From the NCBI RefSeq assembly GCF_006345805.1, contig NC_043003.1:82522001-82586000 (forward strand): a stretch of 64,000 nucleotides of DNA, given 5' to 3'. The translations under genes and the position numbers were made by a program. Position 1 is the stretch's first letter. Every line of letters begins with the position of its first letter. This DNA comes from Octopus sinensis. Taxonomy: Eukaryota. Shown piece by piece: positions 14,021 to 27,567 of this stretch. The notes under the pieces are model-generated. The model saw only the letters and a program-made list of their open reading frames with translations. It was not told the DNA's origin and searched no databases.

Positions 14021-14345
14021 ACTCATCTGGCCTAACGGCTCTCCATGTTTGTTTTCATTTGGTTTATTTTATGTCTTCACTGCCCTGTTTTTGTTACCTT
14101 CTTTGACCCTCCACAAATCCCAAATGTTATTATGGTTCGCGGGAGCAACTGCTTTTCGAAGCTTGATATTGTCATTGATTTCTCGAAATGAGTAGATGGA
14201 CAGCCGACAACGGATGAAGAGTCGTCCTTTATGTTACTAGTCTTGTTTCCCATTTGTATCTTTCGTTGTTCGCATACCCAAGGTTATATTCGTATTTCAT
14301 GTTGTTTACGTTTTGTGACGTCCTGTACTCATATATGCATACCAT
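14021..14345 (+). repeat. Unclassified dispersed repeat X, right copy
   Basis: Inverted partner of 13398-13642. Its 3' part (gagtaga...gaag..tctttatgt...gtcctgtac) recurs on the minus strand at 42445-42590. Confidence 0.7.
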
Positions 14346-14346
14346 A

Positions 14347-15159
14347 CGTTTCCATCAGATGTGCCTCAGACGAATCTATGGTATTAAGTAGCAGGACTGC
14401 ACCAGTGATCTTGAAATACTCGAAGGCTCTCGGTGAAAAAGGATAGAAGCTCTTGCATTAAAGCAAAGGCTTAGATGGAGTAGTCATCTGGTCAGAATGA
14501 AGGATTCAAGGATGCCAAAACAACTCTTTTATTGAGAGTTAGCTAAAGGAAAACGATCTCCACATAAACCAAAAAAGAGGTATAAGAACTTGCAGAAGGC
14601 TTCCTTAAGAGATGCTACCATCTCTCCTGACACATGGGAAGGCATAGCTATTGATTAGCAGGAGGAGAAGGATTGTGCCAGAGGGGACAGCCACGTTTGA
14701 GAAATCTCGAGTTGCACATGAGAAAGTAAGGAGGGATGTCAGGAAGGGCATCGCTGTTACACTTCCAGAAGGGAAGGGTCTTCCTTTGATTCTGACATGC
14801 AATGTCTCTGCAAGACCTTGTCTCAGTAAAGCTGGACTCATGAGTCATCTTCGTAGTCATAAAACGAGACAGATGAGTGACAACCTGGCCACTGGTGGTG
14901 GTGTAACACACCATACTAATCATAGCTGTCGGGCATGTGGAAGGGAGTGTAATTCGGCAGGAGGACTTAAACGACATGCAAAGGTACCTGAAGCCCAGTT
15001 GCAACTACAGCTGGCTATTGCCGGTAAAGGTTTTAGTTACCAATTTTGTACAAGACATTGTAGATCTTTAGCTGGGCTAAAAAGTCACATTCGATCACAG
15101 CACCAGTAACTTCGTGCAATGGCCATACTCGATAACGAGGGGGCAGCCATAATAATAAT
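14347..15159 (+). mobile_element. RTE-clade LINE, 5'-truncated 3' end with C-terminal C2H2-like fingers and (AAT)n tail
   Basis: RFHQMCLRRIYGIK...QRLRWSSHLVRMKDSRMPKQLFY*ELAKGKR is the RTE post-RT motif. It is followed by three C2H2-like motifs, a 3' UTR gcaatggccatactcgataacgagggggcagccat and (aat)3. Confidence 0.85.
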
Positions 15160-15211
15160 ATATGTATATATGTACATATATGTATGTTTATATGAATATA
15201 TATACATATAT

Positions 15212-15307
<96 letters not shown>

Positions 15308-15325
15308 ATTATTTTATATTTATAT
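15160..15325. repeat. (TA)n-rich microsatellite
   Basis: Long TA run directly after the RTE tail. Confidence 0.95.
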
Positions 15326-15326
15326 A

Positions 15327-16120
15327 TAGAGGGTGTGGGGTGAATAAACTGTCGTCTAAATTGAACATAACACAAATGTCTCATTTTCACAGATATATTT
15401 ATCAAAACTACATAAAAAATTTCTTGAAAAACTAAAGAGTAAATTTATTCAATATAATCGCTACTGTCTTCAACCACGGCCTAAATACGAGGTCGAAATC
15501 TGCAACTTTTTGAATGGTCCCTTTGTTTAAGTTGGTGAATCCTGCCATAATCCTTGCCTTCAGTTCATCATTGTTTACAAGGAGTTTTGTTGGTATCTCG
15601 CTCAACTGCATCCAACACATAATAAAGGAGGGGGCTGCAGTACGTGGAGTAGGCTGCCAGCTGTTAGGGGTGATGCGGTCGTAGAAATTGCCTAACATAT
15701 CATGACTGATTTTTTCTTCTTGTGTGGAATGGTGCAGAGTCCTGTTGCCAGATATAGGTTCTTCCAGCGGCCACCCTCTTAACCGAGGCAGCACTACCTC
15801 CTCCATGCACTTGATGTAGGCCTCAGTGCTAAGTTTGAAGCCGTGTGGGAAGATGAATGTAGGCATAACGTCGCCATCACTAATGATCGCGCCAAATACA
15901 ATGATATTGACTGCATGATTGATTTTTATCACTCTCGTTACATGTCCTCGTATTGCGCTGTCCTTAAATTGACACCCAAACACTCTGAAATGTTCGTATT
16001 GGAGCTCCTAATGCAAAAGCCATACAGTACAGCATGTCGTTTCCAGATTCCTGGGAGATTGAATTGAGTCATGGTGCTGTGTTTCTCACGTACGGTGCCC
16101 AATCCACCCTCATACACTGT
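15327..16120 (-). mobile_element. maT/DD37D-like Tc1-mariner transposase remnant
   Basis: VFGAIISDGDVMPTFIFPHGFKLSTEAYIKCMEEVVLP, then after frameshifts KRVAAGRTYIWQQDSAPFH...ITPNSW...YYV and ELKARIMAGFTNLNK. Confidence 0.8.
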
Positions 16121-16404
16121 GTACTCAACAAAATCAAAAACGCACAATGCACAAAATTAAGAATATAAAATGGCAACAATTTATCCATTGCGCTCTATTT
16201 ATACATACAATATCTGAACTTAAAAAACATATATGCTAGTACACAAAACCATTCCATCAGAATCAGATTCCAATGGGCAAAGAATTAGAAGAAACATGCA
16301 GAAAATATTTAGCTTCCAAATTTTGATTTCTGGTAGTATGATAATCAAATTTTAAACCTCTGTAACTTTTTCTGGGATAAAACCGGAACTTTAAGATTTA
16401 TGGG

Positions 16405-16778
16405 TAGTGGATTGATGTTACAGAAACATTCCCAATCACATGGTTTCGAGTTCAGTTCCACTGCTTGGCACCATGGGCTAGTGTCGTCTATAGCCTAGGG
16501 CCAACCAAAGGTTTCTGAGTGGATTTAGTAGGCGGAAAATGAAATAAACCTGTCGTATAAATGTGTTTATATGTATCTATATGCGTGTGTGATTTATATC
16601 TGTATTTGTCCCACTGCCACCGCTAGACAACCGGTGCCGGTGTGTTTATGTGCCCGTGACTGCAATCGAAACTAAAGAAGTAAATACCGACTTCAAAAAA
16701 ATAAGTACTGAGGCCGATACATTCTCCAAGGTAGAGTCCCAACATGGCTGCGGTCTAATGGCCGCAACAAGTAAAATA
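16405..16778 (+). mobile_element. SINE family A, degenerate
   Basis: ccaatcacatggtttcgagttcagttccactg...gggccaaccaaag...gacaaccgg...aacaagtaaaa. Confidence 0.7.
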
Positions 16779-16849
16779 TATTGTTTTTAAATTAGTTCCA
16801 TTTTCTATTTTGAAAATAAAGGAAGTTAGGATTGTCGGTCATCGCTAAT

Positions 16850-17238
16850 CTCCAAAATCTTTTTTGTGATCTTCAACATTTTAAATGTGTAGTGCAAAGA
16901 TTAACATTTGCAAAATGATTGAAGAGTGGGTTGAGAACTTGCATAAAATTTTTAAAACATTTTTGTATTTATATTTTTGCTGTATGTTTTACCGTAAAGT
17001 TGTCCGTCATTTTCTTGAAATGTGTACTGCAAGAAGACAAAAAGAAAATGGAAAATAAAAATTGGCAAAATCGGTCCGGATTCATAAGTTTACAAAAATG
17101 TTTTTTGTTTTTTAATAAAAGCTACGCGCCCACTGTCATTTGTTAGGGTGTGGTAAAAAAAAACCCGTCCAAACCGAGAAAGTCCGCTAAGGCATTTTAC
17201 TTTGTAGATTAGCCAGCAACAACGGGATACTCAGCTAG
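16850..17238 (+). mobile_element. Possible non-autonomous Helitron-like element
   Basis: Ends ...gcaacaacgggatactcagCTAG followed by T, and contains aaaatcggtccgg. No 5' TC end identified. Confidence 0.35.
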
Positions 17239-17288
17239 TATACACACACAGACACACACACACACACACACGCACACACACACACACA

Positions 17289-17341
<53 letters not shown>

Positions 17342-18445
17342 GCACGTATGTATGTATATATGTATGCATGCCTGTATGTATAGGCCGTTATTAAGTTTTG
17401 ACGAAAAATGTGCTTATATTATTCTTCGTCGTCTCTTGTTATCGTAATAGTTTTATTTGTTTCTACCTTCTAGGTTTTAATCGTAGATAATATTTTCCTA
17501 CATTGCATACTGATTTCATTTCCTTAGAGTATACGTGACTTTATAAACCTTAGATTTTCTCTTGCAGTGTTTCAACAGTATAATTAATTGAACCTTTAGT
17601 TATAGTGTTGTTATCGCGTACAACAATCATATTTATTATTCCATTCTTTCTTCGAATTCTCTTGATTTGATAATAGTATCGCTGCAACATAGCCGCCAGC
17701 AGTTGGCACTGAACTGCTACATTTTCTTTTCATGTTTATCTACAGTTTGGTTTTGTCGTTATGGAATTTACTTTGATTTATGTGCGATTCCATTGGCTCA
17801 TTTCCATAAGAAAATTTCTAATAAGCATTGCAAGATAACAACATCATTTAGTTATATAGCACTGCTACATAGAACGTCCAAGTGACTTGCTGCATCACAC
17901 ATCCTTAAACTTAGGAAATTAAGACTAATTAATAATTGGATGCTACTTTATAATCCTAGAAGTCAACAAATTTTAATTAATCAAATATACTCTCAGGGCG
18001 AGAAAAGAAAGTGACTGTGGTTAGAGAAGCAAATAACACGACTCCTGGAATTTAAGACAGAAATTAGAATGAATAAAAACTTGAATGCAGTGGAGACCGT
18101 GAGATATGGTGTTCTGCAATAAATAACAACTGCAGGCTTTATATTTGATTGGTTAGCAGAAAGGAGATAGTTCTTATGATTCAGACTAGTGCGTTCGATG
18201 CCATTAATGTTCGTAAATAGAAACCTGCAAAGCTGATATCGGTGGGAGCTCAATTACAGAGAGTCGACGTTCTGGGAAGGAGTGGATTAACGTTTGGTGC
18301 TGAGTTGCTGCGTTGAACATAAATGTCACCGGAGAAGAACAGGCATGCCTAAGTGATGACAGCGTGATCCCAACAACTTGCAAGGAGCAGCAACACAAAT
18401 AATTATAAATTGGATGGTAGCTAAACCTATCAGTCATTATCTGAA

Positions 18446-18836
18446 CCAGCAGAAACTTTAGCACGCCGGGCGAAATGCTTAGCGGTATTTCGTCTGTCTT
18501 TACGTTCTGAGTTTAAATTCCGCCGAGGTCGACTTTACCTTTCATCCTTTCGGGGTCGATAAATTAAGTACCAGTTACGCACTGGGGTCGATATAATCGA
18601 CTTAATCCGTTTGTCTGTCCTTGTATGTCCTCTCTGTATTTAGCCCCTCGTGGGTAGTGAAGAAATGGGTATTTCGTCTGCCTTTACGTTCAGAGTTCAA
18701 ATTCCGCCGAGGCTGACTTTGCCTTTCACCCTTTCGGGGTCGATAAATTAAGGACCAATTGCGTAATGGGGTCAATCTAATCGACTGGCCCTCTCTTCCA
18801 AAATTTCGGTTCTTGTGCTTAGAGTAGAAAAGATTA
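18446..18836 (+). mobile_element. SINE family B dimer
   Basis: Head + monomer; second monomer starts gtatttcgtctg at 18669; distinct terminal tail ctggccc...tagagtagaaaaga. B-box-like GTTCAAATTCC region in each unit. Confidence 0.85.
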
Positions 18837-19559
18837 TCTTTATTGATAACTCAGGTCATGACAGGAATTACAACTTTCTTGAAAGTCTTCTCTTTGGTAG
18901 TAAGGTGTTAAGTTGGTTGACAAATATCTTGCAGTCATATCTGTTGTATATTTGAGCTTAAGTCATTGAATGAAATAGTGAAAAGGCGACCAAATGAGAC
19001 CAAATCTTTCTTCTATAAATACCACTCTAATTTACATCTAAATGTAAATATTATTAAGAATAATTTATAGCCGTTGGAATATATATATATAACGTTAAAA
19101 TACCCCCCCATAGGAATTAAGGAATCTATTTTCACACAAAATAAAGCGAAGATTTAAATCTACAAAGATTTGACAATATATGTGGGTGGGAGGGTATTTG
19201 TATGAGGGTGGTTATTTATTCTACGCATATATTAGTATCAATTTTGAAACTTTTGTATATAGTTATACACGTATTTTACGACTCTGCCCCTCTCATTCTT
19301 TTATATAGCTACGAATTTGTTAATCACCATACATCGGTCAAATATTTTACACGCCTTAATAAGCAAAGAAATATTTATATGTGTAGTGGACTGACAAAAA
19401 CATTATCGCTGCAATGTGCAGCGACATCTGCTCAATAGTTAGGGTAGTTGGCCATCTAACAGAAACATTCTGTATCATGCACGTAGTCCATTGTGGTTCT
19501 CTCCTCTCATCACTTATGTAAGTACTGATACTTTAGCTAATATCATGGGATCTAGAGAC

Positions 19560-20340
19560 TTTTAAGGGCACCTCACACGAGCTAGGATGCAGAAAATTCA
19601 TGTGAGCAAAGGCGAACGGTATCTATCATCAGTAACATCCATGTGATCGGCACGTCCTTATGGCACTTTGATGCGGTGACAAAATCAACCAAGAAAAGTT
19701 AGTGAGATTGCAGCAAGGTATGCGTGGGAACGTACCATAGCACCCATATGCGTCGTGGGCACTGGACGAACGAAGCGGTTAAATTTCCATACCAAAAAGG
19801 GGACATGAACTGGGAGTAAATGTCGTGAAATGTGGTCGATCATACCCAGAATTACGCCGAGAGAAAGGTCTAACAGATATGGTGAAAGCTTACAGCGCCT
19901 TCATATACTATCGCATGTCTCCTGCGTCTTACGCCGCTTCCTTACTGACCCAACTTGAGCTTTAATATACAACGGTAAAGGATTAGACATCTGACTAAAT
20001 TTACCCCTTTCAATTCACACACTCGTTCTGTCATAATTGTCCTTCACAACCTTTTGGTGCGTATGAGTTGTCCCTTAACACTTTCCTTTGACTGAAAAGA
20101 GCAGGTAGTTTTCCTATAACTAGTAGCTATGGCAAAAGTAGTCGTGTGGTGGACACGATCCAATGAACTGAAGATAGACAATTTCTTTCGGCCAAACCCT
20201 CATCGACATTTTGAAGTTCCATTTAGAAAGTAATTTGGTGGTGGAGAGGGAGATGTTGCCTCCCAGTAAATTTCTAAAAAGTTGGTGTAAGTAGAAAGAA
20301 TGGCCCAAATGAATGGAGCTACGCATGTTTAGCGTACGTT
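19560..20340 (+). mobile_element. L1/Tx1-clade LINE RT-region remnant
   Basis: Frameshifted peptides NIHVIGTSLWHFDAVT-KINQEKLVRLQQG, VVGHWTNEAVKF and AYSAFIYYRMS...LLTQLE resemble the post-YADD segment of L1/Tx1 ORF2. Confidence 0.5.
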
Positions 20341-22509
20341 AAGTCAAAAAGGAATGCAAATAAAAATTGTATTAATTTCCGGGTCCTCTCGTAGATATCT
20401 ATAATGTCTGTTGGAGTATAGATAGTAAATCGTAAACTTTAAATAGCTCCAATGTTGTCAAGCACATTCACCTATATTATATTTTAAAAATTCATGAATA
20501 TATGTAAGCATAACTCGGTAGATGTAGATGTTTGGTCTCACTGCATACAATATTTAATTAAGAATCCCCACTTTAAACAATTTCGTTTGCTTCCACACTT
20601 CACGCGTCCTCTTCTTTATTAATCTTCCCAAATTCAGCTCAAAAAATTTTCGAACTCGGGAAAAAGAGCCACATAAGTTTCCCAAGCTGAACGTTGACCG
20701 CATTAAATCTATTCCTACTCACTGAAAATTTGAAGTATTTTGGGAATTTGGAACTTTCTCATTTCAAGATAAATTGTGTCAGTACTATTATAAGTGTATG
20801 TATCAAAAACTTATTCTCCGGTAATCACTGGTTATCAAAACTTCAGTACAGATCTGAAGAATAGTATAGGAGGCAATTGCTCCTGTTTTCAAAGCTAGAA
20901 TGTGTTTTCAAATATAGAGTGCCAAAAAGAATGAATGAAAATAAGGGATTACGAGAATGACGTTCAGCTTCTATATGGTAGTCACCTACTCATCTTTTGA
21001 AAATCGTTGGAAAGTATTGTTACAAGATGGTTACACGATGAGGAAAAAACATATGACGGCTTACCTTCCTGCCTAATTTTACTCATATTTTTGTAAGGAT
21101 TGATCCTTCCATAAACGAATATTTCCACATCATCATCGCTAAATGACTGCTTTCTTACTGAATCTGTTCTGTATGTTTCAGATTTGAAGCAACGAATTTA
21201 ACAAATTCTCTCTAGAGGCATACAAATTTGGGGTTAACTGAAAATTTGTGAAATGCAACAGCCGATGTATATGCTTAATACAAATGTCAATATTATTAGT
21301 TTTGGGTAATGTAATATACATGTATAACTGTTCTAAAGTTTCTACTGAGTATTATTCTCTGTCATTGCAAATGTCAGTTTACACCTGTAATAATTTACAG
21401 ATAATTGTACACCTACATTTTACTTATTTCAATCTCGATTTCGATGCATAAATTTACACATCACTTTGTTTCATTACAATTACATATTATTCTGAGTCAT
21501 CGTTTCTAGTGATACATGGAAGCAAACGTTTTTGCCTTATCAATAGTTCAATTTAGAAGTCGTCCGTGAAAATATATTGAGGAATGAATGTTTCCTGGAT
21601 AATGAAATTATACAAAAAATTATATAATAACGATTGTAAAATAAAAACAAAAATAGTGGACAGAAGTCTGCGAACTGCTAATGTAAAACACTGTATTTAA
21701 ACAGACTAACACCTTGAAGTCAAAATATTAACGAACTGTTTGTTTCCTTCCTTTATTTTTGAGAAGATAAAAATATTGTTCGCATTCATATAATTCTTTT
21801 TGGGGACACTGTAACCTGCTTCAAAAGCATATAATTTTATTAAATTTGGCAATTTGTCCACCCACATTCCACTTCTCACAAACCAAACCCTGCATCCCAT
21901 GACACCCTCTTCAATAAAGCATTCGCTGTGACGAAATCATGTTGAATCGCTATGGAATTAGGAAAAAAAGAGAAATAAACGAGATTATGGTGTTCATCCC
22001 ATACATTCAAAAACTTATTCAATCGCGTTTATGAGAATTTAAACCTTCCTTAGCGAGAGATTTGCTCAATTATTGAATGGTATTACTTTCATTCATCATT
22101 TTCAATAAATAAAGAAGGATTTCAGCAATTACTTAATGATATTTCATCCGTTTATTGCATCTATTTAAGATATATATTTCGCTTCTCAACTACGTCAAAA
22201 CATTCACTCGTTCAGCCAACAAAATTCGTTTCCCCTTTTTGCCCTGGGAGATATTTCCAACTTTGTTTATTTCTAAAAAATAAACACTAACTTTTTAATC
22301 ACTTTGAAGCGTAACGCAGAAACAGATGCGGTAAAAAGCGATGAAGTTATCTCCAGTTATCACGCAAGAAAACCATCTACAGAACTGACTCCAGTATATA
22401 ACAAGTATATATTGTAACGGTCTAGAACTTGTGAATTTCAAAAACAACATTGGTGGGATTTGAGATGTGAGTATTTAACAAAACCTACTGAATTAAATTT
22501 TCTAGTTTC

Positions 22510-22670
22510 TGCCTTGAACAAGGGCACGAAGTAGGTAGAATCTGGAGAATGTTGACTATTGCTTTATTTCTTTGACACCGAAGGGATGAAACACAAAGTT
22601 AACACTGACATGATTTGAACTCAGACAGCATTTCCTCCGACGATCTAATGAATCTGGAGGCTTGACACCA
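22510..22670 (-). mobile_element. Highly degenerate SINE-B
   Basis: gacaccgaagggatgaaacacaaagttaac...atttgaactcaga. Confidence 0.45.
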
Positions 22671-25317
22671 TTTGATGTTCATAATAATAAAATCTGGCTT
22701 AGTAAGCCATAACGAATGAATGACTGACTCGTATTAACCAGGCAACAAAAATGGCCGCTTGTAATATATCACGTATTTCGCTCGATGGCGGTCGAAGCAG
22801 TTGTTCTTAATCAAAACAAAAAAAAAGTTTGCACTTATTCAAGAAACTCACCGAGAACAAATGCCGAACTCGTCGTCCAAAATATTACACTTTATATTTA
22901 GTGGCATTACTATCCGATGTTTCACTGTTATGTGGAGACAGACCCTCCATCAACTGTATTACATATTTTTCCTACATCCTTAATGTCCTGAAATACAAGC
23001 TCAGACTGTGGTTTCTCCAGAAGCTATAGGCATTGGAGTGTGTGCTTCTTTGTTAGACAATTCTTACTTCTTACCTTAGGATGTTATCATCGACACAATT
23101 TTTCAAATGGTGTATCAACAATACAGCTGTAGTGAGAATATAATTAGGAAAAGAAAATATAAGTATTTACAAAACATATCTTAAGAAAGATATGTAGTCA
23201 TTTATCATTAAAATATATTGGCTCAAATCTGTAAGCTTAATGTTTAACTTAACTAAAATCACAAAATTAGTCTCCTCGAGTACCAAACCCTCTGTCTAGA
23301 TACTCGGCTGTCTAGATACTCCTAAAACGGTACAAGATTCTGGTTGCAGTACACCACCGAACTGGTATAGAAATTTACCACCACATGAACATTCAGAGAA
23401 CTTCCTTTTCACTTATAAGTGGGATCGACTAAATTCTTAGTAATCACTTCCCAATTCTTGTCTTGGGGAAATCCAAGCAAACTCTCACCTCTTTAACTGG
23501 ACACTTGTCCAGTGATGTAAGCTAGCCGGTCTTGCTATATGGTAAGCTTATCTTTCTGTTAGTCTTCTTTCCTGTAACCAACTCAATTTTTTCCATTTCA
23601 GTGTTGATAACCTCGATTTCTGACACAGTCCCCACCATATAAATGATATTGTTCATCTTCATAAAAAATACTCACTTGTGATCCATAATTGAAAGCACTT
23701 CAGCAAACTCCTGCAGCCAAGACTTATAATTGAAAAAAGTGATAAAATGATGTACCCGTATGAAGCATAGACAATTCTAATTTTACGTATTATTTTATTC
23801 TGACCCTCACTTATTTGATAGAAATTCTTCAGGAATTCGTGCTTACTTAGCTCGCTAATTCGGATAGTGTGTGCTTTTGGGTCTGTAAACTATGCATTCA
23901 ATTTTCAGAAGTCTCTATACAGGATTCCGGTTGAATTTAACATAGAGGTCACAAACCTGGATTGAAAAGGCCGAACATATGGTAGCACGAATTTGGAACT
24001 GAAATTTCCTAGATTCTATCAAAACTAACAGTTAAGTAATTGCAACAAATTTATTGTATTGAGTCTTCATTTTATTGATTTTGTAGTGATCAAAGAGAAA
24101 TATGACATTGGCTAGAGCGTATGCCTCTTGGTCAAAGTATATGCCTGACTGGAGCGTGTTCCTGGCTACAGTGTATACAAGGAAGAACGACAATAGATAT
24201 TCTGTCAAATATAGAAAGATATAGTCTATTGAATTCCATATGAGTACATTATCGGTACCGTCTCGGTAGACCCAGCAATACTGTAAGAAAAAGTCGACTT
24301 TGATGGAATTTTTAACTAGGAATGTAAAACCGAAAAAGACGGCAAATTAGCGCAATGTATTTCGCTCTGCATCTTCCCGTTTCTGCCACTTAAATGCCCA
24401 GTCTATTCTTGTTATTTAAAGGAATATAATTGAAAACGTTTTTACTGGTTAGAGTTCATATTTTATTCAGGTTCAGCATTTATTAAAACCATTTATTGTC
24501 GACAGAAAGAAAACTTGGCTACTTTATATTAAAACTCAATCGCATTTCTCTTACATTAAATATTGAATTGAGTACATATCGATAAAAGATAAGTGCGCAT
24601 GGCAAGTAGTGATACTCAAAGTCTTAAATGCAAAATTAATATATAGAGAGTGCCGATCGTACACATTTACAGTCTTCATCGATAACTATTCTAAGCCATG
24701 ATAATAGCAATAGTTTTATTGTCGATAAAGTTATCGTGTTGTATGACAGCTATTGCGCTTATTATGATAAAAATATAACGTACTGAACGCCTCTGTGAAT
24801 CTTTCATACTTCATAAAATACGATTCAAAGATTTTTAAAACGATGGATATTACTGCAAAAATCAATAAGGAATCTTTTAGATTCCTTGAAAATTACATAA
24901 GCATGTTGATCTTCTCAGCAACTCGTTACAGTAAACAAGAAAATACTCCAATAACAATGCTAAATAGAGCTACCTCTTCTCTCGTTTTGTTATCTGTCTC
25001 TATTTCTCATTGCTCTTTTATTTCACTTTACTGTTTATATCCCAAGCTTCATAATAGATTTAATCGTTGTACGCTATACACTAAATATATAACGTGAAAA
25101 CGCAAAAAAGTGGGAATGCTATAAAACCAGAGATATTTAGATACGTGTTGCAAAATCTACGAAATAGAGCTTGTATTTGCTCAAAAAACTGCAAGTAACT
25201 ATTAAATATTCAGTAAGGAGATCTGAGGTGCATGCCATTTAACAAATACATGTGGAACTACAAATATATATGAAATTGTGTATGATGAAAACAATGAATA
25301 ATGTAACGGAAATTAAA

Positions 25318-25535
25318 GACGGTGGGCTGATAAAATCGTTAGCACGCTGGGCAAAATGCTTCGCGGCATTTCGTCCGTCTTTTCAGTCTGATTTCAAATT
25401 CCGCCGAGATCCACTTCGCCTTTTATCCTTTCAGTGTGGTTGAGATAAGTACCAGTTGAGCACTGGGGTCTATGTAATCCATCTGCCGGTTCCATGAACT
25501 TGCTGGCCTTGTGTTAACATTTTGAAACCAATATT
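25318..25535 (+). mobile_element. SINE family B monomer
   Basis: cgttagcacgctgggcaaaatgc...tcaaattccgccgag...taagtaccagttgagcactggggtc. Confidence 0.75.
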
Positions 25536-26047
25536 AAGTAAATTAAATTTGTCAAGGCAGACTGATAAGAGAAAAAGATCCAAAAGAAAACACACCCCAA
25601 AAATCAAATCAATTGACCAAAATTAACCCTGGCTAGATATGTGATGGAGGAATGTACATAGCATTTGAAATATTATATTGAAATCTTAGATGTAAAAGAA
25701 GGCTGTTATTTATGGATAAACAAACCGGAGAGAAATCACGGTTTTTGAAGTTCTTTATTATCAAATAAGTGGAGCATTTCTTCTATATCGAATGGATTCG
25801 TTGGACAAACTGAAACCATACAAAATAGCAACAGTTGTAGCACCGAATAAAGAATATAAATTAAGAACATAAAAGTCATAAATAATGCATCTCAATATTT
25901 TAAAGAACATCCCTTGATGGGATTAAAACCAAAACTAAATGTTATTACTCATTTAGACGGCGCCCCTCTGCGTTAGGCACATCTACTGAGCTTAAGCATC
26001 ATCAAATAATAGAAATTATTGCACATTTCTGTTGAAAACTAGACATA

Positions 26048-27567
26048 TTCTAAACCGCAAAAGAAACGTGTGTAACTGAAATATGATTTAATTTCATTAT
26101 GTCAGAAATATATTTTGATAAATCAAATAAAGTGAATTTTTTGGATGCACTTTGAATACAGTCTATGGATCGTTGTCATGTGTTCTTGTAGTGGGCGGAT
26201 CCAGCACACCGGGATTGTAGGGCGTGACATTTTCAATACCGTGTATACTCTATCTCTGAGTGTTCAAAACGACCATACACTGTCGGTACATGTAGTGCAT
26301 GAAACGGTTCACCAAAACCATTGGCACCTTTGCCCACACCCTGAGGAAAGTTTCCTCCAGTTCCACACAAGTTATCGGCCTTGAGACCACCTGGTTCAGC
26401 CTTCTCTAGATTTCATCCCACAGGTGTTCAATTGGGTTCATATCCCGGTGGAGAGCCGGCTACGGCATGGTTCTAATGTTGTGCTGATGCAGAAAGTCCA
26501 TGGTAACCCAGGCCATGTGGGAGGGAGCATTGTCCTGCTAGAATACATGGCTATGGTGACGCGCGAAGAAGGGCACGATGTGAGGTCTTAGGATCTGGTC
26601 AACGTAACGCTTCTCTGTGATACCATTCCCTCTGCCTGTACCAACATTTTGGAACACATGGGGCCCATTACTTTGATTCAGGCCTATAATACCCCCAAAC
26701 CAAGATGCTTTGGGCACCACACGCGTCTCTTTCCATGAGATATGCGTATCTGTAGCGTTGACCCCCTCCTACGGCACACCCTAACTCTGCCATCTGAGGT
26801 GGAAACGCAGTACCGGCTCTCGTTAGAGAAGACTATCGACAGTCATTGTTGATACCACCGGTGTTGGTGCTGTGTAGCCCATTGTAGTCGTGCCTGACGG
26901 TGGCAGGCCGTGAGCACAGGCCTTCGAGCAAGACGACGGCCACGCAGATTGTTGGCGGCTAATCGGCGTCGTACCGAGTCGTCGCTGATGGGTCGTTGTA
27001 GAGTGCCAATGCTCTCGCGCGCTGTTACGTTGGCCGGTCTAAAGCGATCACGGAGGTGTTGCGGATGAATTAAGCGGTCCTGCTTGGGCGTGGTCACCCG
27101 AGTGTGCCCTCTGCGGGCACGGTCTGCAGTTCTGTTGATGTTATTATATCGATGTTGCAGGCGATAGACGGTGCTGACACGGATATTATCAGCTTTCGCA
27201 ACAATCAGAGTACGCTGCCCTTCTTGCAATCGGCCGACAGCTTGTCCTCTCTGCGTTTCTGACAATCGGGTCATACCTGATGAGTTCAAATTACGAATGC
27301 CAGGAACGTGGTTCAAATTGATTTTTATACCCATAACTCCTACGAGATGCACGTGCATTTCGGTTTTTATGACAATTGTTTGCGACTGTCACCCACGATG
27401 CATTCAACGCAGCTGCATTTTTGGCCTCTCGTCTTAGGGAAAGCTGAAAAGTTACCTGCCATAAGCCAGCATCTTTTGGAATATTTACACTTACATTCCC
27501 GAAATAAATTTTCAGAATTTACCAAAAAATGACGTTTGAAAAATCGCTTTTCTTTTGCGGTACTGTG
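26048..27567 (-). mobile_element. Full-length but inactivated Tc1 (DD34E) element, ~1.52 kb
   Basis: MTRLSETQRGQAVGRLQ HTH, RVTTPKQDR, QDNAPSH and MNPIEHLWDEI motifs with stops and frameshifts. TIR core ACCGCAAAAGAAA at both ends; TA at 26046-47 and 27568-69. Confidence 0.9.

Noticed and set aside
14651-15109. 152-aa ORF as a host C2H2 zinc-finger gene
   Set aside because: It follows RTE RT C-terminal motifs (across a frameshift) and precedes an RTE 3' UTR and tail, so it is transposon-derived.
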